Below, in pieces: positions 45,401 to 57,300 of a stretch of DNA of 64,000 bases. Below the pieces are notes generated by a model, which had not been told where the DNA came from, did not search any database, and worked only from the letters and a program-made list of their open reading frames with translations. The position numbers and the translations under genes were made by a program. Source of the stretch: Anaeramoeba ignava BMAN (Eukaryota > Protista > Anaeramoebae). Where the stretch lies: NCBI GenBank assembly GCA_028826165.1, contig JAPDFW010000136.1, positions 874,767 through 938,766 on the forward strand, read 5' to 3'. The stretch's first letter is position 1; each line of letters opens with the position of its first letter.

Positions 45401-48400
45401 TAAGTCGGACATTCTCGTATTGATGTGTGCACAACTTGAAGATATCCTCGACAAGAAGAGCAAGAGGTTTTGTGTATTTGATGTTTCTGATGATATTGTT
45501 TGTGCGAAAGATGTGCTGTGTGTGCGATCTCTCAACCATAAAATAGCGAGGATGACACTTTTCAGAAGAAATTTGGTTTGAAAAATACTTCTCACTTCTG
45601 TAACTGATTTTTCTATTAACTAATTGGGCCACGCTTAGTCCTCGAATGTTAAGAAGAGGATGCAAAATTTTGACAATCGAAATCATCACTGAGGATTCTT
45701 CATTGAGTTGTTCAAACACACGACCACAGAAAATATGCATTGCCTCCATTGTTCGTAATCGCCATTGGTTCTGTGGATAGTTTGCTCCACGACCGCACTT
45801 GACTGGAGGTTTTTTCCAGTTAATTATGGAGGGATGAACCGATGATCTTTTGACAGGAAAAATTTCCGCTTTGATTTCGCTCATGTATTTTGTCGATCCC
45901 TTAACTGCATTCCTCAGAAGTGATAGCATCTTCAACAACTCAGCTTTGTTGTTGATTATTTTATCTGTGCTAATTTCCTCAAGAGTGGGTTCGAGAAACA
46001 TCGAAAGAAGCTCTTCTGCAAATTCGAATTCTTCCTTGCTCGGGACATGCCAATTAACTTCCAGATTCTCGACCCAGTTTGTATCAATAACTCCCCATAA
46101 TTTCCAGTGGTTCAGACGATATTGCGGATCTTTCCATACGCTTGGAGGCACTGATCGCTTTTCAAGCGGGTAATGTGTTGTTAAAGATTTGAGAACATTT
46201 CTGATTATTTTTCCGGCCATTTTATATATTTTTTTTGAAGAGTGATTTGAATATTGTTTGATTATCAAAATGATTTCTTTTCGGAACGGCAATAACGATA
46301 ATCCGTTGGTTGACATTATTGAAGCGAATATTTTAAGGAACCATATCAATTCTGTTTCAGAAAGGGTTTTAGGGATATAAAGAAAAGAATCGAATTCAAT
46401 TTCTTTTTCTTTTTCTTTTTTAATTTTAATTTCTTCTTCTTTTTTAATTTTAATTTCTTCTTCTTTCTTCTCAATTTTCGTCTGATCAAACAATTTATTG
46501 AAAAGCATAGGCACAAACTGAGAGAGCACAATCTCAGGTTGCGCCTGACTTGCAGATGTGCAAATATATCCGATCTGCTTGACGGTTGAGACAATCAGAG
46601 AATCTTCTATAAATTTGCGCAATTTTTCAAGAACAATTTTAAAAAGCGGCACAGAACATTGTTGGAGCATCACATTGCAAGTGAGCTGCAACTGAGAAGG
46701 GCTCACTGATGTTGTGAATCGTTTTTTCTGTGTGGTGTTGGGGACAAGATACTGCAGAATCTGGAGAATCTTCTCAAAAAAACGTGCGAGCCAATCAGCA
46801 AATCCCGATGTTGTTCGTTGGAAAATTTCCTTTGCAGAAGGTAATCCAAGATGCTGAAGATCAGGGTTGCTCCGCAAAAATTCCTGTTTGGATATGATCT
46901 GCATTTCTTGGTATTTTCCATTGGGGTATTTGCTGTCGTCCTCATTGAGCCATTTCTCATAAACTTCTCGATCCACTATGTCATCATGACTGGGATCAAT
47001 CAAAGGAACGCAAGTAAAGAGATTGCGGTAGAAAAGCAGCGCCAAAAACGTCTTGGGAATGTCATTAAGATCGATTCCGTTGAGCGTCAACTCAAGAAGG
47101 TCTTGTAAATAAAGCAATCCATAAGAAGGCCCTTTTTCCCCAATTCGTACCTTCAAGGAAAAAAGCGAAATTGCAATTGATCCAAGTAAATTAAACGCTG
47201 CTTGTGTTTGGTGAATTTCCGTTATTGTTGCCAAGCCCATATGCGTTATATCCATGATTTTTGGAACAATCAAAATCGGGCTTATTGGCAAGATCTTCAA
47301 ACAAGCCAATCCAGAAAAAGTCATGATCAACTGGCTTTTCGAGTAAATCATCTGCTGCAATAAATGTATGATAACTCCGTTGAGCTCGTCGCATTCCTCT
47401 TGCGTTAGAAAATCCTCTTTCTCAAGCTCCTGAAACCTTGAAATATATTCTTTTTCTTCGTCCGAAATTTCCGTTTTTTTTTGGATCTTCTCAATTTCCA
47501 TTTTTTTGTTATGAAGATCAAGTTTCCTTTTATTCAAGCATTCCGCCATGAAATACAAAATGCCAACAAGCGACACACTCCACTCTCCTGTGCTTGAAGG
47601 ATGGAAATACGGCTCAAGAAAGGTCATCAACTTTCTGAAATGTTCTTTTGTTTTTTTCGACCAAGAATAAACAAGAATTACTGCTAATCCTCTTTCTTTC
47701 CACAGCAAATCGTTTCCTTGTTCCGGATACAGAATCCTTGCAATCATTGGTGATTGATGTTGTTTTGAGCGGATTTGATTTTCACTTCCAAGTGGTACGT
47801 TGATTATTGATATTGCTTTAGAAAAAAAGAATGGTAAATATTCTTGTATTTTTTGATCAACTTGTTTTCGAATAACTGATAATGATTCAAATGAATCTTG
47901 AATCAATCGCGAGTATAATCCAAAGAAAACACCATCCCAATCTCCGACGTTATCTTTTTTTTTTCAGGAATAAATTAAATCAAATTAAATTAAATCAAAT
48001 ATTAAATTAAATATTAAATTAAATATTAAATTAAATTAAATTAAATTAAATATTAAATATTAAATTAAATATTAAATTAAATATTAAATATTAAATTAAA
48101 TATTAAATTAAATATTAAATATTAAATTAAATATTAAATTAAATATTAAATATTAAATTAAATATTAAATCAAATTAAATATTAAATTAAATATTAAATT
48201 AAATATTAAATTAAATATTAAATTAAATTAAATATTAAATCAAATTAAATATTAAATTAAATATTAAATTAAAATTAAATATTAAATCAAATTAAATATT
48301 AAATTAAAATTAAATATTAAATATTAAATTAAATATTAAATATTAAAATTAAAAATTAAATATTAAATTAAAAATTAAATATTAAATTAAATATTAAATT

Positions 48401-50630
48401 AAATATTAAATTAAATTAAATATTAAATCAAATTAAATATTAAATCAAATCAAATTAAATTAAATATTAAATTAAATATTAAATTAAATATTAAATTAAA
48501 TATTAAATTAAATATTAAATCAAAATTAAATATTAAATTAAATTAAATTAAATTAAAATATTAAATTAAATTAAATTAAAATTAAATATTAAATTAAATT
48601 AAATTAAATTAAATTTAAATATCTTTCTACCTTCCCAATCCCAAACAGATAATAAATAATCAAACCAAATTGGGAAATTTTTTAAATTCCATGTTGGTAA
48701 AAATAAACATAAAAATCCTTGCCCAATCATTAAACTAGAATCATGAATACAAAGCATTGGCTTAAATTCTTCAAGTATTTCTTTTGTTGATGATTCTGGA
48801 AAAAATTTTCTTGCATTTTCTACAAAAGAAATTAATGGAATTCCTATTCCTTTATCATTTTCTTCTGCTCGTGTTTTTTGAAATGAATCTTCAACTATTA
48901 AATTATATAATTCTCTCCAAGAAATTTTAAGTTCTTTAACTAATTTTTCTGGATTTTTCTTTATTAATCGATTCAACATTGCAATAATTCCTTGTGCAAG
49001 ATGTGAATCAATATCTGGTACTTTTAAAAATTCAATAAGTAATCTTATAATATTTGATTGCTCCTTTTCTGGTGGTCGATATCCAAAACTTAAATATCTA
49101 TTTCAATTTAATTTTAAAATAAAACATAAATAAAAATGTAAATATAAATATAAATATAAATATAAATATAAATATAAATATAAATATAATTATAAATATC
49201 AATATAAATATAATTATAAATATAATTATAAATATAAATATAAATATAATTGTAATTATAAATATAAATATAAATATAATTATAATTATATAAAATAAAA
49301 ATATAAATATAAAATATAAATTATATATAAATATAATTATAAATATAAATATAAATATAAATATAAATATAATTATAAATATAAATATAAATATAAATAT
49401 AAATATAAAATATAAATATAAATTAAATATAAATATAAATATAAAATAAAAATATAATTATAAATATAAATATAAAATATAAATATAAATATAAAATAAA
49501 TAAATATAAATATATAAAATAAATAAATAAACATAAAAAATATAAAAATATAAATATAAATATAAATATAAATATAAATAAATAAATATAAACATAAAAA
49601 TATAAATATAAAAAAATATAAATATAAATATAAATATTTCCAATCGCAAATATATAAACATAAACATAAATATAAATATAAATTGTGTTATAAATATAAA
49701 TATAAATTATAAATATAAATATAAATATAAATATAAATATAAAATTTTAAATATAAATATAAAAATATAAATATTTTAAAAATATAAATATAAATATAAA
49801 TATAAATATAAATATAAATATAAATTAAAAATATAAATATAAATATAAATATAAATATAAATATAAATAAAAATATAAATAAAAATAAAAATATAAATAT
49901 AAATATAAATATAAATATAAATATAAATATAAATTATAAATATAAATATAAATATAAATATAAATATAAATATAAAATATATAAATATAAATATAAATAT
50001 AAAATATAAAAATATAAATATAAATAAATATAAATATAAAATATAAATATAAATATAAATATAAATATAAATATAAATATAAATATAAATATAAATATAA
50101 ATATAAATATAAATATAAATATAAATATAAATATTAATATAAATATAAATATAAATATAAATATAAATATAAATATAAATATAAATATAAATATAAATAT
50201 AAATATAAATATAATATAAATATAAATATAAATTATAAATATAAATATAAAATATAAATATAAATATAAATATAAATATAAATATAAATATAAATATAAA
50301 TATAAATATAAATATAAATATAAATATAAATATAAATATAAATATAAATATAAATATAAATATAAATATAAATATAAATATAAATATAAATATTATTATA
50401 AATTTTATTATAAATTTTATTATAAATTGGTTGTAAATAAAAAAAGGAAAAAAATTTTAAAGAATAAAATAAATATTTTACTTTGATAAGCATGAAATTA
50501 CACTTGAAGAACCTTTTGGATTATCTTGTAAACAAAATGCTTGAATTAATCCTAATTTAATATGTTCTAATAATTTATCTTCTTCATCTTTAATTTGTTC
50601 ATAATAAGGAAGTTGTTTATTATATTGCAT
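42474..50630 (-). CDS. PSME4: Proteasome activator PA200/Blm10, ~2031 aa; exons 50630-50482, 49097-48631, 47953-42474
   Basis: N-terminal [67 protein letters not shown] and a C-terminal TYFV. Both splices keep the frame (total 6096 nt). Confidence 0.92.
47954..48630 (-). repeat. 677-bp PSME4 intron 2 made of mixed 5/7-bp units (plus strand ATTAA / ATATTAA)
   Basis: GTAGAA donor at 48630; acceptor CCTGAAAAAAAAAAG at 47954; the junction reads WDWE-D-NVGDWD. Confidence 0.8.
49098..50481 (-). repeat. 1384-bp PSME4 intron 1, (ATATTT)n on the sense strand
   Basis: GTAAAA donor at 50481 and AATAG acceptor at 49098; plus strand (AAATAT)n. Confidence 0.85.
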
Positions 50631-50660
50631 TTTTTATTTTAAAAAGAGAAAAGAGAAAAG

Positions 50661-50690
50661 GAAACAAAAAATGAAAAATGAAAAATGATT
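50661..50690 (-). promoter_or_regulatory. Tandem TCATTTT initiator-like core promoter motif upstream of PSME4 (representative of most genes in the window)
   Basis: The sense strand reads TCATTTTTCATTTTTCATTTTTT about 35-60 nt before the ATG, and the same motif precedes most other start codons. Confidence 0.55.
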
Positions 50691-50740
50691 TTAAAATTTT
50701 TTTTTTGCTTTTTTTTTATTTTTCCTTTTTAAAATAAATT

Positions 50741-51172
<432 letters not shown>

Positions 51173-51300
51173 TAAAATTAAAATGAATTCTTTTTTGTGT
51201 TTTTATTTGATTTGAATTTAATTGAAAAAAAAAATGGAATTTGGAATTTAAATTATTTTGCTTATTTTCTGTTTTTGTTTTTGTTTTTGTTTTTGTTGAT

Positions 51301-54300
51301 TTAGTTTGATTCTAAATTATCTTCACAAATTACGTAAAAATCAATTAAATTTGATAATTTTAATTTTAAATCTTGAAGGTTTTTCAAACGAGCAATATCT
51401 TCAAAACCAATGAAATCATTAGCAAATAATTCATTAAAAATTTCATCTTCTTTAATTGATTTAGGTTCTTTTGGTTTTTCTTTTAAATGTTTAAATAATT
51501 TACTCAAACCTCTAAATAATTTATTTTGGATATTATATTCCAATTTTTGGAATTCTTGATTAATTATTTGTTTTTCTTGAGGTTGTGTTTGTAATTTATA
51601 TTCTTGAGGCAAAACTCGAGAAGGATGATTTAATTCTTTAACAATTTCTTGAAATAAATGAACTAATTGAGAAATTTTAATTTTCTTAAAACTTAAACAT
51701 TTATCAATATTTTCTCTTACTCCTTGAAATAATCTAATTTGATTTAATTGAAATAATTCTTTATAAATGGAATTTTCTTTTTGTTCTTTTTGTTCTTTTT
51801 GATTTTGAGGTTTAATAAAATCAATAATACTAAATTCTTTAATCTCATTAAGTTCTTGTTTTTTTTCTTTTTCTTTTTCTTTTTCTTTTTCCTTTTCTTT
51901 TTCTTCTTCTAAACATTTTTCAAAACATAAGCAAAATATCCAAAATTTTCTAATATTCTGAATGAATCTAATTCTTTAATAATATTATCTTTAATTAGCA
52001 TATTGATTTTTTCATTTCCGATTTTGTTTTCTACTTTTTCCAACATTTCTTTTTCAATAATTGGAATTGGAGGTATTTTGATTTCTGGAAGTTCTAATTT
52101 ATGAACTTGAATTGAAATAAATTGTGATTCTAAATAATCCTCTAATAAATGAAGACTTTGTGTTTCTTCAATTAAATTTTTAATAATGAATTCTTCAGTT
52201 GTTTTTGTTGTTAATTTTAAAATATTTGGGAAATTCATTCCTTTTTTGATTTTAAATCAATTTTTTGAGCAATACAATCTTTGGGATTAATTAATAATTT
52301 TGTTGAAATTTTGGAAATTAGATTGTTGTAAATTTCAATATACTTTTCAAATATTCTTTCTAATTCAATTTAAAATTTGGAATTTGTTTGATAAATGTTT
52401 CTGTTGAAATCATTTTGCTTTTCTTAATTTCTTTTTGTAATTGTTCATAATTCCAAACTTGACAAAATTCTTCAAGATTTTCTTGATTTTCTTTTAATAA
52501 ATCTTTAATTTTTGATTCTTTCTTGAATCTTTGATTTGAATTTAATATTGCTTTGGAATATTGGAAAAATGATGGGAATTTACTTATAATTTCAAATTTT
52601 TCATAATTTTCAAAATAAAAATGAGAAATTGGATTTTCCTTTTCAATTTGATTTTGATTTTGATTTTGATTTTGATTGAATAATGAAATAAGTTGTTCAA
52701 TTCCAATTTTAGGGAAAGAATACCAACACCAAATTTTGTTTTCTTTAGGTAAATTAGATATAATAAATTGTTTTTCTTTTTGGCTTGTTTGAATAATTTC
52801 TTTTATAATTTGATCAAATGTTTTTGTTTTCTTGTTTTTCATGTTGATTGATATTTTTTGACATTTGAGAAAATTGGATAATAATTGATTAATATTCTTT
52901 TTGAATGTTAATTTTAAATTTTTATTTTTTGGTAATTCTTGATAAAATGATTTAGAAATCTTTTTAAGTTCTTCTCCATTTTCAATTTTTTGATTTAAAA
53001 TGATTTTCTCTAATAATTCAAAAAATGATTTCATTGAATTTGGTTCTTTTGCATTTTTTTTTAATTTTTTAATTTCTTTTCTAAGATTTTGTTCCAATGA
53101 TAATATTATTTTTCTTATTTCAATTTTCTTTTCTAACAATATTGTATTTGAATTTAATTTTAAATGAAATTTTGAAATTTCTTCAAATTTTTCTTGATTA
53201 AAATTAGTTTGATTTGTAACAATATTCTTAATTTCATTTAATAATTCTTTTTCTTTTTCTTTTTCTTTTTCTTTTTCTTTTTGATTTTCATTTTGAATTT
53301 GAATTTGATTTTGATTTTGATTTGAAGTATTAATTAAATATTCAAGATATTTTTCAGCTAATAAATTATCATATGTTTCTTTCTCATTTAATTTTATTTT
53401 TCCAAATTTCATTCCTTTTAAAATATTTGGGAACTTGTTTTCAAAATAAAATATCATAAATCTAATAATTTTAAGAGGTAAATCTCGAATATTTTGAGAT
53501 AATTTTGGTTCTTTTATAATTTCTTCTGTAAATGCTTTTAAATAATCCAATAAATTTTTTGTTGTTTCATCATTTTGATTATTATTTTCATTTTGATCAT
53601 CATAATTTTCATCAAATTCACTTTTTTTCAATCTCAAAAATAAAGAATCCAAAATAAATCTTGTAATTAATTTATATACTTCTGTTATCACTTTTTTACT
53701 TTCTTCATTTGAATAACATTCAGAAATGATTTGAATTAAAAAGTTTGGATTTGTAAATTCTTTTGATTTAAATTTTTCTCGTGAATTAGATGGAAGTTTG
53801 CAAATTATTAATAAAGTATTAAATTCAATATCTTCCCATTTTTGTAATAAATCTTCTTTTTCATATTCTAATTCTTCAATTATTTTCTTGATATTTTTTG
53901 ATTTTTGGATAAATTTGTATCTTATATCTAAATTAGATTCTGTAAGTGAATTTAATTGTGAAATAACCTTTTCAATAAGTTTCTTTTTATTAAATTCAGC
54001 TTTTTCCAAAATTTCTAAATTAAGACCAAATTCTTTCAATAATGTTACACATTCAATAATTGAAATGAAATCTTTCCATTCTTTTTTCTTTTTGATTTCT
54101 ATTGTTTTTGTTTCTAATTCAATTAAACTTTTTGGTTTTTCTTCTTCATTTGGAAATAATATATCATATGGATTAAATTTTCCAAATTTTTCTAATTCTT
54201 GATAAGTTTGTAAATATTTTGGAGATAATGAATATTTCACAAAATCTGTAAAATAATTTATAATTAATTTTTCAATTAATTGTTTGCTATTTTTCTTTTT

Positions 54301-57300
54301 CTTCATTTCTTGATCAATTTCTTGAAATGCTTGAATTGCTTTATTTTCATTTTCATTTTCATTTTGATTTTGATTTTGATTTTGATTTTCATTTTGATTT
54401 TCATTTTGATTTTGATTTTGATTTTCATTTTCATTTTGATTTTGATTTAATTTTCTTTTTGATGAATAAAAATAAAAACTAAATGGGAATTGAATATTTT
54501 GGATTATATTTAATTTAGCGTAATTAAATTTAAATGGTTCAAAATATTTCAAGCATATTTCCCATATTTTTTTGTTTTCTATAGTTAATGTTTTTAAATT
54601 ATTAAATTGATCAATTTCTTTAATAATATTTACTAAAAATTGAACTGAAAAATTATGAATATGTCTATTGAAACTTGAATTAATTGATTCAAATGAAATT
54701 TGTGATTCTTTGTTAAGATAAATTGATTCTGTTATTCTATCCCATTCATTTTTTATTTTCTTGCTTTTCAAACTTTCATTAAATTTTGATTTTAATAATT
54801 CTTCAAAAATTTTATCAGATTTATCAATGTTTTTGTTTAATTTTTGTAAGGATAATTGATAAATTTTATGAAATAAATTTGATTCTTGTTTTTCTTGTTT
54901 TTCTTGTTTTTCTTGTTTTTCTTTTTCTTCATAAATTTGATCAAAAGGAAGAAGAAATGTATCAATTGTTTTAAAACCTGGATTTAAATCATCTAAATAA
55001 TATATTTCCCATTTTTCTTCAAAACAAATTCCGAATGTTTGGTTTTCACTTGATGAAAGATGAACAAAAAGAATAATAGTTTGTCTTTCTTTTTTCTCAA
55101 AATTTTCATTAGATTCAATTAAACTTTTAATATGTTGAAATGATTTCATAATGTTTTTATCTGAAGATACTTCAAATTGAATGAAAATTGCTTTTTTATT
55201 TTCTTCTTGTAAATGAGAATTAATTGAGTTATTAAAATCATCTGTTTTCTCAAAACTTGTAATATTGATTAATGTGTAATTTTTGGTTTCATTTTTACAA
55301 AATTTCTCTAAATCAAATGGTGGTGAATTTGTTAAAATAATCAAATTATTTTCCTTTTCATTTTCCTTTTTTGATATTTTATCAAGTAAATCTTTTAAAT
55401 CTGATGCTGTGTTTTGACTATAATTATCCAAATCTTTTTGAAGTGTTTCTTCAAATTCATTTAGTTTTTCTTGTTGTTCTTGTTTTTGTTGTAAATGTTT
55501 TTTAAGATGAATCATTGTTCCTAATTTAGCAATTTTGTGCCAATAATTTTGATGAGGAATTGTTTTATGTTTTGTTGGTTTTGATTCTTTTTCTTGTAAT
55601 TTGAATGAAAGAGAAGAAATTAAATCAGGATGGAAACCTGCTAATAATTGTGATGTTTTTGTTGATGTTATTTTTTTGATTCTTCCAAAATAATTTTGTA
55701 TTTTTTGTTGATAATTTTTTCCTATCTCATTAAGAAAATCATTTGAAGTAACAAGTTGCTTTTCAAATCGATTTAAAATTGCTGGTGATAAATCTATATA
55801 AGCTCTTTCTTTAGGCATAATAACAACAATTCTTGATGCTGGATTAATAAATACTCTTGTTGTTGATGCTCTAAAACTTACATTTGAAATGCATTTATTC
55901 CCAATAACTGTATATTTTTGATTTAATACATCATATAATGGTTCAAATAATTGTTCTTGATTACATAAAACAATAATATTTTTATCAGCAATTAAATTGG
56001 AAACATTTTTCAAATCATGATAAGTTTGAATTTCTTTATCTTCATTGAAATATGATCCATATAAAAGTTTAATGTTTCTTTCTTTAACATCTTTTTTCAA
56101 TTTTTCAATAATTAATGGAAGAATTGCTATTTCTTCACAAATTATCATTAGATGTCTTGATTTTATTTTTCGTTCATTTGGATTGATTTCTAAATTATCA
56201 GTAATTAGGTTCATTGTTGATTTTTTTTTCATTATCTCATCATTCCAATAACCATATTTTTTTAATAATGGTTGGATAATCTCATCAAAAAATTTTTTAG
56301 GTGCTCCTCCAAAATTTCTGAGAAATGATTGAAAAACAATTCCCAAAATTTCTTGTTTTGAACATTTCTTTTTCCTATCTTTCTCTTTTTTATCTTTCAT
56401 ATCATATCCAATCATTTTAATTAAATAATAAAAATCTCTTAATCCAAAGAAATTTTCCCTAATTATTCTTTCTTCACTTTCTTCAATTTTTTTGATTTTT
56501 TTTTGTTGTGCTTGAAATATTTCAAGATAAATTTCTGCAAAATTTTCTGGTATTTTGATTTCTTTTTTACTTGGTTTATATTTTGATGAAATGAAAATTG
56601 ATTCAAAAATCGTTTTTCCTGTTTCTTTTAATCCTTCTTTATCTGGATCATTTTTTTGAAGGAATATTCCTCGATTTGTTTTACTTGCATCAAGTTTCCA
56701 ATTTGAAATTGCAATAATTGGGAATTTTTCATCATCACTTGTTCCATCTTGATTAGATAATTCAAGTTCTTTATGTAATACTTTTAATGGGAATTCTGGA
56801 TTCATTTCTGCAAGTTCAACTTTATTTAATAAAACAACTGGAACATTTTCTTTTCTTTGAAATTCTTGATTTTCTTGATTTTCTTGATTTTCTTGATTTT
56901 CTAAATTTGCTAAATATTCTCTTTGTTGTTGTTGATATCTTCTTGCTTGTTCAAATATTTTTTCTATAGCTCTTGGTGTTGTTTGAGGTGAACATTGTAA
57001 TGGGAAAACTCGAATTCTTTTAAGTTTTCCTTCTCTAACATATTCATTATTTGATGAATTACTTAACCAATTCTTTAAAATATCGATTGATAATGATTTT
57101 GAAGTTCCTAATTTATTTTTAATTTTAATTTTAATTTTAATTTTAATTTTAATTTTAATTTTAATTTTAATTTTAATTTTAATTTTAATTTTAATTTTAA
57201 TTTTAATTTTAATTTTAATTTTAAATTTAATTTTAATTTTAATTTTAATTTTAATTTTAAATTTAATTTTAATTTTAATTTTAATTTTAATTTTAATTTT

